From assembly GCF_006345805.1 (NCBI RefSeq), contig NW_021828028.1, positions 1 through 9,194 on the forward strand: a stretch of DNA of 9,194 bases, written 5' to 3'. Shown in pieces: positions 1-7,110 of the stretch (positions are counted from its first letter, which is position 1; each line of letters opens with the position of its first letter). This DNA comes from Octopus sinensis (Eukaryota). The notes below the pieces were generated by a model that had not been told where the DNA came from, did no database searches, and was given only the letters and a program-made list of their open reading frames with translations. Position numbers and translations under genes: made by a program.

Positions 1-29
1 GGAGATTTGGATTACAATCAGATAGACAT

Positions 30-177
30 GTACAAATTTCAATCTACCTGAATTTCACTCTCTCTTAGTTTTGTGCGACCCAGGGTTGCAGAAAACAGTA
101 ATTGCTACGATGCCACGCAGTAGGATCGAACACGACCTCTCGGCTGTGAAGCGAAGTTCTTGGCTGTTCGGCCATAC
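30..177 (-). mobile_element. Old family-A-type tRNA-derived SINE, 5' head and core only
   Basis: Minus strand reads GTATGGCCGAACAGCCAAGAACTTCGCTTCACAGCCGAGAGGTCGTGTTCGATCCTACTGCGTGGCA. It has a B-box-like GTTCGATCC (123-131) and the CTGCGTGGCA motif shared with the full copy at 2979-3394; the downstream core is degenerate. Confidence 0.6.
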
Positions 178-259
178 TTCGGGTACGTTAGATTAATATC
201 AACTAGGCAATATGTTGCTGAATCTATGATTTGATGCCATTATTAAGGAAAAAATATAA

Positions 260-478
260 GACGGTGAGCTGGCAGAATCGTTAACACGCCGGGAAAACTC
301 CTTAGCGGCATTTCGTTCATCCTTACTTTCTGAGCTCAAATTCCGTCGAGGTCGACTTGGGTTTTTATCTCTTTTGGGGTTGATAAATTAAGTACGAGTG
401 GATTACCGGGGTCGATGTAATCAATTTAAGCCCTCCTCAACATTTCAGGCTTCGTACCTATAACAGAAAGGATTATTA
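260..478 (+). mobile_element. Family B tRNA-derived SINE, full length, diverged
   Basis: GGTGAGCTGGCAGAATCGTTAAC head, B-box-like GAGCTCAAATTCC, central GAGGTCGAC...GGGGTTGATAAATTAAGTAC. Aligns end to end with the reverse complement of 1934-2145. Possible low-complexity TSD AAAAAATAT (249-257 / 479-487). Confidence 0.85.
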
Positions 479-958
479 AAAAAATATCATTAATCGTAAT
501 ATTGGGTTTTAATCTGATAGAAACTATGTAACATCTCTTGAAAACACTTTACAAGTACATGCATATATACGCACACAATCACACATGTATATATATATAT
601 ATATTCGTGTGTGCGTATGCATTTTGCGTGTTTAAATCTCGGGAGCTTTGTTGCTCAGCGTGTGATTTAGAATTTTACAAATCCAAATCCGCTAGCTTTG
701 CTATGGAACTGAAACTTTCAAGAGCCTTATTGCACAGTCTGTGATTCGGAACCTCAGAGATTAAATAATACCACCCCTGCTACGTTTAGGGTTCAAGGTT
801 CAGAAACCGGATGACTACAGTTTCTGCCACTAGATATCCAATCATACAGACGATCGTGTTTCAAAAGGCTCTACATAAGTCAATATACAGTTTGTATGAG
901 TGCAACGCAGAAGCTACATCATACAATTGCCTCCCAGAATATATCCGAAAATTGACAG

Positions 959-1251
959 TGACTGTGGCCATGCTGGAGCACCGCCTTTAGTCGAGCAAAT
1001 CGACACCAGGGCTTATTCTGTGCAAGCCTAGTACTTATTCTATCGGTCTCTTTTGCCGAACCGCTAAGTAACGGGGACGTAAAGACACCAGCATCGGTTG
1101 TCAAGCGGTGACGGAGGATCAAATACAGACACACAGACATATACAAACACATATACATATATATATACATATACATATATACGACCAGCTTCTATCAGTT
1201 TCCGTCTACCAAATCCACTCACAAGGCTATAGTAGAAGACACTTGCCCAAG
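959..1251 (-). mobile_element. Family A SINE internal fragment (no tRNA head, no tail, 17-nt internal deletion)
   Basis: Aligns to 3012-3319 with about 14 differences over ~270 nt (counted by eye); includes the internal CA/TA microsatellite. Confidence 0.9.
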
Positions 1252-1418
1252 TCAAAATTCAGAATATTTATGGGGAAATATTACATAAATCCGAGATTAG
1301 TAAATTTAGTGCATAAAAAACTCATATATCCCCCGTGTTAGTGATTTTGTTTTGTCGAATTCCCAAGTCAAATATATAGATAGCCAATTATACATCAACA
1401 GTGACAAATTCCACCCCT

Positions 1419-1825
1419 CCCTCTGCCACTCTCTTTCCATAGTTATCTCTCCCTCTCGTTCTGTAGCTCTGTCTGTCTGTCTGTCTCTTTTTTTTCTCTG
1501 TCTTTCACTTTCATTTTCTATATACACACACACGTACACATGAACTTACACGTGTGTATATGTATAAGCGTCCGTGTTTATATTTTCTGTATATATATAT
1601 ATCTAAATATACTCCCCACACACATATATACATACATGTATATATACACATACATGTACAAATATATACATATATATATGTGTATATTTATGTGTTTATG
1701 TATACACACACATACTTATACATATATATTTATACTTATATTTATATATACGCATATCTACATGCGCATGCAGATTTGTATATGTGTGTGTGGTGTGCGT
1801 TTGTGTGCGTGTGTGTGCATGCATA
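1419..1825. repeat. Low-complexity block: CT-rich tract followed by compound (TA)/(CA)/(TG) microsatellite
   Basis: CT/TCTG-rich from 1419 to 1520, then TATA/CACA/TGTG mosaic to ~1825. Confidence 0.9.
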
Positions 1826-1933
1826 AATAGTGCGTGAGACGACGAGTGACAGACAGGAAATGAAAGAAAAAGTCATCATGCGGCCAGCATGGAGCAAATT
1901 CATGACTATCGTTTCACTTTCATGTTAAAATCA

Positions 1934-2145
1934 TTTTCTACTCTAGGCACAAGGCCCGAAATTTTGAGGGAAGGGGGCCAATCGATTAGATCGAACCCAG
2001 TGTGCAACTGGTTCTTAGTTTATCGACCCCGAAAGGATGAAAGGCAAAGTCGACCTCGGCGGAATTTGAACTCAGAACGTAGCGGCAGACGAAATACTGC
2101 TAAGCATTTCGCCCGGCATGCTAACGTTTCTGCCAGCTCGCCGCC
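1934..2145 (-). mobile_element. Family B SINE, full length, with 9-bp target-site duplication
   Basis: Minus strand starts GGCGGCGAGCTGGCAGAAACGTTAGC and has B-box-like GAGTTCAAATTCC; flanked by TTAAAATCA at 1925-1933 and 2146-2154. Confidence 0.92.
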
Positions 2146-2192
2146 TTAAAATCACCATTTATTACAAATGCTGTCATCCACTACTATCAACG

Positions 2193-2236
<44 letters not shown>

Positions 2237-2241
2237 CTCTC
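2193..2241. repeat. (TC)n microsatellite
   Basis: Near-perfect TC run with one interruption. Confidence 0.97.
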
Positions 2242-2395
2242 ATTTTTTCGCCCTGTTATTCCTTATATGCCTTTCATTCCCTCTTTACGTTTTTTGTCTC
2301 ACTTCCCCCCTTTCATTTATATATATATATACATGTATGTAGTGCGTCTAAGACACACACATATATATGTACCTATCTTACTTCCTTTCTAACAG

Positions 2396-2414
2396 ATGAC
2401 ATATTGCATTCGCT
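2396..2414 (+). other. Candidate 19-nt micro-exon
   Basis: tcttacttcctttctaacag|ATGACATATTGCATTCGCT|gtaagt: pyrimidine tract plus CAG acceptor and a consensus GTAAGT donor, in non-repeat sequence. No transcript evidence. Confidence 0.3.
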
Positions 2415-2505
2415 GTAAGTATTGCTGTGCTCATCAATTTACGATGCATCATACTCAAACGGCAGTTGTTCATCAACTACAAACCGTCATTGAACACAAC
2501 ATAGT

Positions 2506-2690
2506 CATGTAGCCCTCTAATAAATAAAGCAGCTTCACAATCACCGGGTTTCTGGTTCGAAACCCACGGCAATATCTTTTGTTATAGTCTCGTGTCAATC
2601 CAAGAAATTTGAGAGAATTTAAGTGGATGGGAACCCCATGGAAGTTTATCAAACTGACTGTATCTGTGATTCGAAAAGCAAACCTTGTTA
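2506..2690 (+). mobile_element. Very old family-A-like SINE head/core with a different 3' body
   Basis: GCTTCACAATCAC..GGTTCGAAACCCAC (B box)..TTATAGTCTCG..GGAAG is colinear with the family A head GCTTNCCAACCAC..GGTTCAGNCCCAC..CTATAGC..AGAAG; heavily diverged. Confidence 0.5.
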
Positions 2691-2978
2691 CGTAAAATAT
2701 TATGGAGATTCTAATTGATGCAGTGTCGTTTTTAGGCATCAGCGTACTGGAAAGTTGACCAGAGGTCAGACTGGTCTAGAGGTCCAATTCTAATATATGT
2801 ATGCTGTTGCTTGCTGTCTATAAATAGCTACTATAGGGCACTGATTTGCTTGAGGGTTTATAATTGTCCCTGCCTTGTTGATCACGTTAATTACATGCTA
2901 CGTGTGTGTGGAATACTCAGCAATTTACAGGATAGTTTAATGAAAGTATTAGTGTAAATGGAGTACTCAGTAAGGCGA

Positions 2979-3394
2979 TACTCTTTTACTCTTTTACTTG
3001 TTTCAGTCGTTTGACTGTGGCCATGCTGGAGCACCGCCTTTAGTCGAGCAAATCGACACCAGGGCTTATTCTTTGCAAGCCTAGTACTTATTCTATCGGT
3101 TCTTTTGCCGAACTGCTAAGTGACGGGGACGTAAACACGCCAGCACCGGTTGTCAAGCGATGACGGGGGATCAAATACAGACATACAAACATATACAAAC
3201 ACACATACATATATATATATATACATATATACGACGGGCTTCTATCAGTTTCCGTCTACCAAATCCACTCACAAGGCTTTGGTCAGCCCGACGCTATAGT
3301 AGAAGACACTTGCCTAAGGTGCCACGCAGTGGGTCTGAACCCGGAACCATGTGGTTGGTAAGCAAGCTACATACCACACAGCAACTCCTACCCC
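2979..3394 (-). mobile_element. Family A tRNA-derived SINE, full length
   Basis: Minus strand head GGGGTAGGAGTTGCTGTGTGG (A-box-like) ... GGTTCAGACCC (B-box-like, 3331-3342), central TA/TG microsatellite, 3' tandem tail AGTAAAAGAGTAAAAGAGTA. No clear TSD. Confidence 0.93.
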
Positions 3395-3411
3395 TGCTAT
3401 AGTTAAAATGA

Positions 3412-3625
3412 TTTCCAATTGTGGCACAGTGCCAGCAGATTTTTTTATGGGAGGAGGTATGCTGATTAAATCAAACTCAATACTTGACTGGCATTTATTT
3501 TATCGACACCGAAAAGGTTCAAAGGCAGAATCGCCTTCGGTGGAATTTTGACTCGGAACATAAAGACGGACGAAATGATGGTAAGCATTTTGTTTGGTGT
3601 GTTAACAACTCTGTTAGTACGGTGC
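3412..3625 (-). mobile_element. Degenerate family B SINE
   Basis: GGCACA..TTTATCGACACCGAAAAGGTTCAAAGGCAGAATCG..GGAATTTTGACTCGGAAC..AAGCATTTTG is colinear with 1934-2145. Confidence 0.7.
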
Positions 3626-3690
3626 TTTTTAGTCACATTATAATTATATCAAGAATACAAAACACCTGCGAAATGCTCAGCTACTTATAT

Positions 3691-3895
3691 ATTTCTTTAC
3701 TACCCACAAGGGGCTAAACATAGAGGGGACAAACAAGGACAGACAAAGGGATTAAGTCGATTACATCGATCCCAGTGCGTAACTGGTACTTAATTTATCG
3801 ACCCCGAAAGGATGAAAGGCAAAGTCGACCTCGGCAGACGAAATACGGCTACGCATTTCGCCCGACGTGCTAACGTTTCTGTCAGCTCGCCGCCT
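3691..3895 (-). mobile_element. Family B variant SINE (alternative 3' region) with 18-bp TSD and B-box deletion
   Basis: Perfect TSD ATGCTCAGCTACTTATAT at 3673-3690 and 3896-3913; GGCGGCGAGCTGAC head; lacks 26 nt relative to 2061-2086. Confidence 0.92.
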
Positions 3896-3946
3896 ATGCT
3901 CAGCTACTTATATTAATTATATTCAGACGCTAAGATTATTGCCGTG

Positions 3947-4185
3947 GAAGCGAGTGATTTCGTGGATAGACTGCTGCACTCGTGATCGTAAGATTGTGGT
4001 TTCAATTTCTGGGCAGGGAAAAACGTTGTGTTTTTTTTTTAGCAAACCACTTCATTTCATGTCGACTCAGCTGGCAAAAGTGAATAACCCTGCAACGGAC
4101 CGGCGACCCGTCCACTGGAGAATACTTACACCACAGAAACGAGAAACCGATTCATGAGTCTACATGACTTGAGAAGGAGCTTTTT
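3947..4185 (+). mobile_element. Third SINE family with tRNA-like head and V-domain-like segment
   Basis: Head with degenerate B box (GTGGTTTCAATTTC), then TTGTG..AGCAAACCACTT..CTCAGCTGGCAAAAGTGA, then CCCTGCAACGGACCGGCGACCCGTCCA (4088-4114), which resembles the V-SINE conserved domain (CCTGCGATGGACTGGCGACCTGTCCAG, recalled from memory). Confidence 0.6.
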
Positions 4186-4244
4186 CTATTAACATTATTA
4201 TTAAATGACTGTTCATTGGTCTGTGGAATAATCTGACATGTAGG

Positions 4245-4370
4245 TTTTATCGACTTGGAAAGGATGGAAAGCAAACTTGGCCACGGCGTGATTTGAACCT
4301 ACGGCATAGAGTGTCAGTAGAAATATCACGAGATAGTATAATGAGTTTACCAATTCGTCGGTCTAAGGTA
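4245..4370 (-). mobile_element. Highly degenerate family B SINE fragment
   Basis: TTTTATCGACTTGGAAAGGATGGAAAGCAAACTTGGCCACGGCGTGATTTGAACC matches the family B core. Confidence 0.55.
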
Positions 4371-4525
4371 CACTGCTTCAACATTACAAATGAATGAGAT
4401 GGTTGGAGCTGAAATATCATGTGGAGAAATCGATTCTAGACTAAGAACAACTAGAAAGCATAAAAATAATACAAATCGACGGAAAAATAGATAAAATTTA
4501 TGGAGAGAACATTTTATTCATTTTA

Positions 4526-4573
4526 GGCATGGTCATGTAGTTAAGATGCTCGCTTCGCAATCACGGCACTTTG
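4526..4573 (+). mobile_element. Collapsed family-A-type tRNA head fragment
   Basis: GGCATGGTCATGTAGTTAAGATGCTCGCTTCGCAATCAC-GGCACTTTG: A-box region joined directly to GGCAC, with the B-box segment missing. Confidence 0.45.
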
Positions 4574-4639
4574 TGATTGATGTTTATATATATATATTGT
4601 ATATGTGTGGGTGTGTGTGTGTGTGAGCAGGTATGTATG

Positions 4640-4830
4640 TGGTATAAAATTAATAACACGAAATCGAGGTTAAAAAACAAACGAATACAATGTATTAGAT
4701 AGACACCCAGGAAAAGTGGAAGATTTTAATATTTCGAGCATACGCTCATGTTCCGAAAGGATAGTTGACGAGAGAAAGAATGGAAAACAAAAAACAAGTT
4801 TCAATTAGATGGTCACTGGAAGTTGAAAAT
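4640..4830 (-). mobile_element. Decayed member of the hammerhead-bearing short repeat family (related to 7111-7305)
   Basis: GTATTAGATAGACACCCAGGAAAAGTGGAAGATTTTAATATTTCGAGC aligns with GTATTATTGGACTCTTAGGAAAGAAGGAGGGTTTAACGTTTCGAGC (7170-7215), followed by a purine-rich run as in the other copy. Boundaries approximate. Confidence 0.5.
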
Positions 4831-5164
4831 GTGTGTGTGTATCTGAATATACAACTGTTGTAGGTGTAGATTTGAGCGCACGTGTCTGGGTGTAGCTCTC
4901 AATTAGTAGAAATTAAAATGCATTTCTTAATCAGTAGATAACTACACTCAAACAACAGTATTTATATCGCATATTCACATACATTTAAACATATCAACGA
5001 ATATTTACCTTCACTCAGACGCGCACGATCTCTCACAGATGTGTACAGACGCGAGAAAACATACGTATACATACATATAAGTATGTGGCGGATGTATGTA
5101 AACACGAAATTAGGCACACGGACTTAACCATTTCCTCTTGTAATGAGCGACATTGATCATGGGT

Positions 5165-5166
<2 letters not shown>

Positions 5167-5207
<41 letters not shown>

Positions 5208-5212
5208 ATATA
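5167..5212. repeat. (TA)n microsatellite
   Basis: Near-perfect TA run. Confidence 0.97.
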
Positions 5213-5339
5213 CTTAGGCTGAAAAATAACACTCGCTGTATATAACGAGTATATTGTAGGTCTTCGTACATGCTTCATGAATAAATATTCCCACGCGTAC
5301 AAATACACATATATATACACACGTGCCACTCATACACAA

Positions 5340-5470
5340 AATATGTACGTGTATGTTTGTGTATGAGTGTATGTTTGTATGTATATATATATATATATAT
5401 AATATAATATATATACATATATATATAAATACATATATACCAATATAGTGTATATATACATATCATATAT
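5340..5470. repeat. Compound (TATG)/(TA) low-complexity tract
   Basis: TATG and TA repeats. Confidence 0.9.
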
Positions 5471-5475
5471 AAACA

Positions 5476-5657
5476 GCATCCACATCTTGTAGCTCTCACA
5501 CAAATTTTCTGCTTTCTATGTTAAAACCCTTATTTTTGCATGCATGTGTGTGCGTTTGCGTTTTTGTGTGTGTGTGTGTGTGTACGTATGTATGTATATA
5601 TGTGATTGAATTAATATGAATATGTCTCCTACTACATCAGTGAAGGTCTGAGAGAGA
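5476..5657 (+). repeat. Diverged direct repeat, copy 1 (copy 2 at 6469-6690)
   Basis: Colinear blocks GCATCC(C)ACA..TTGTAGC, TTTCTAT(G/A)TTAA(A/G)AC..TATTT, exact TGATTGAATTAATATGAATAT (5603-5623 = 6601-6621), CTACAT..AGGTC..TGAGAGAGA. Confidence 0.75.
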
Positions 5658-5827
5658 ATATATATGTGGTGTGTGTATGTGTGTGTGTGTTTCTGTGATT
5701 GTGTGCGTGTGTGAGTGTTTATTAATGGACAAATCCTGTCATTTCACTACATTTTAGGCCAATGCATTAACCCGAAGATTGAAGAAAACACGGAAGTACT
5801 TATACCATCCTATAAAATACGATAAAA

Positions 5828-5930
5828 TCGGAAAGGATAAAAGGCAAAGACGTCAGTGGTATTTGAGCTCAGAGCATCAGAAATGCTGCTAAGCATTTTG
5901 TCCGTGATGCTAACGATTTTGCCAGCTTAC
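5828..5930 (-). mobile_element. Degenerate family B SINE, 5' part
   Basis: GAAAGGATAAAAGGCAAAG..ATTTGAGCTCAGA..GCTAAGCATTTTGTCC..GCTAACGATTTTGCCAGCT matches family B. Confidence 0.7.
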
Positions 5931-5940
5931 ATTGGTTTTT

Positions 5941-6157
5941 AATAATCCTTTCTACTAAAAGCACAAGGCTTGAAGTTTTCGGGGAGGGGACCAGTCGACT
6001 ACATCGACCCCAGTGCGTAACTGGTACTTAATTTATCGACCCCGAAAGGATGAAAGGCAAAGTCGACCTCGGCGGAATTTGAACTCAGAACGTAACGGTA
6101 GACGAAATACGGCTAAGCATTTCGTCTAGCGTGCTAACCATTCTGCCATCTCGCTAG
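5941..6157 (-). mobile_element. Family B SINE, full length
   Basis: High similarity to 1934-2145 throughout, intact GGAATTTGAACTC (B box on the minus strand); no TSD found. Confidence 0.92.
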
Positions 6158-6189
6158 CTTTTCAGCTTGATTCATAATGATAATGATGG

Positions 6190-6390
6190 TTTCCGATTGA
6201 AGCACAAAGCCAGGAATATTGAGGGAATTTGTCGACACTGACAACCCCACTCTTTGATTGATATCACATCTATCGAGTCCGGGAGTCGGGAGTTAGTGAA
6301 AGATAAGCTATTTTCGCACGATTTGAACTCAGAACGTAAGGATCTGGAAAAATTACTCCAGACGATTTAAGGATTCTGTCGTTCCATTGA
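6190..6390 (-). mobile_element. Highly degenerate family B SINE
   Basis: GCACAAAGCC..GTCGAC..CTATCGAG..GATTTGAACTCAGAACGTAAG is colinear with family B. Confidence 0.55.
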
Positions 6391-6468
6391 AAAGCCACAT
6401 AGCCAATGTGTTGCTCCTTCAAAAACATGTGTTCCTATTCCAAATTTCAAGTACCTAGCGGCCAATCT

Positions 6469-6690
6469 GCATCCCACAAATTGTAGCATCCATAGATATA
6501 TTCAGTTTTCTATATTAAGACACGTATTTGAACATGTATGCGTGTGTATTTGCATGTGTAAGTAAGTATGTCATTGTGTGTGTACGTGTGTATGTGTATA
6601 TGATTGAATTAATATGAATATATGGAGTATATTATAATTTACATATATCTATAGCTCTACATTTGTCTAGGTCATTGAGAGAGAGAGAGA
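6469..6690 (+). repeat. Diverged direct repeat, copy 2 (copy 1 at 5476-5657)
   Basis: See copy 1; offset ~993-998 bp at the 5' and central blocks; ends in an expanded (GA)n. Confidence 0.75.
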
Positions 6691-6702
6691 GAGAGAGAGA
6701 GA
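6677..6702. repeat. (GA)n microsatellite
   Basis: Perfect GA run. Confidence 0.97.
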
Positions 6703-6818
6703 AAATGCATGAGAAAGAGAGAGAGGGGGGAAGGGGGAGAGAATGTTTGTGCTTATTTTTCAGCGTTAGTTAATGTGTATAGGATATGTAATCGGATTAG
6801 TGTACATGACTTTTGTAA

Positions 6819-6853
6819 TGTGTGTGTGTGTGTGTGTATGTGTGTGTGTGTGT
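6819..6853. repeat. (TG)n microsatellite
   Basis: TG run with one TA interruption. Confidence 0.95.
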
Positions 6854-6873
6854 ATAGAAAGTTTTTTTTTTAA

Positions 6874-7042
6874 TATTTTACTTGTTTCAGTTATCAGACT
6901 GCGGCCATGCGGGGGCACCGCCATGGAGGAACTTTAGTAGAATGTATCGGTCCCGCTACTTATTTATTGAAAGCAGGTACTTATCGTTCTCTTTTACCGA
7001 ACTGCTAAGTTACGGAGACGGAAACACGCCAGCATCGGTTGT
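6874..7042 (-). mobile_element. Family A SINE 3' part (diverged subfamily)
   Basis: TTTTACTTGTTTCAG..GACTGCGGCCATGC..GCACCGCC..CCGAACTGCTAAGTTACGG..GCATCGGTTGT is colinear with 2990-3155. Confidence 0.85.
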
Positions 7043-7043
7043 A

Positions 7044-7110
7044 TAATATATATATATATATATATGTTTATATATATATATGCATATATATATGTATATA
7101 TATATATATA
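7044..7110. repeat. (TA)n microsatellite
   Basis: TA run with few interruptions. Confidence 0.95.

Noticed and set aside
631-765. Weak inverted ends TTTAAATCTC / GAGATTAAA suggesting a small MITE
   Set aside because: The match is short, imperfect and AT-rich, with no TSD or second copy.
919-1176. 85-aa minus-strand ORF, similar to ORFs at 7333-7716 and 3160-3402
   Set aside because: The similarity comes from shared family A SINE sequence, not protein homology.
1064-1830. Overlapping ORFs rich in Y/I/H/T/C/V/M
   Set aside because: Translations of TA/CA/TG and CT microsatellites; open only because these repeats lack stop codons.
1889-2149. 86-aa ORF (also 3484-3717, 3867-4157)
   Set aside because: These lie antisense across SINE copies, with no recognisable domain.
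2473-2739. 88-aa minus-strand ORF MPKNDTAS...
   Set aside because: No recognisable motif; it runs antisense to a degenerate SINE head/core.
3320-3394. Possible tRNA gene (A/B-box-like motifs; similar at 111-177, 2061-2145, 8171-8225)
   Set aside because: These are tRNA-derived SINE heads continuing into SINE bodies; no complete cloverleaf or terminator is evident.
2970-3400. Possible TSD GCGATA / GCTATA around the full-length family A SINE
   Set aside because: Only 5 of 6 bases match; not significant.
4855-4960. Imperfect inverted repeat ACTGTTGT..GTGTAG / CTACAC..ACAACAGT
   Set aside because: Needs gaps and only 8 bp are contiguous; not distinguishable from chance.
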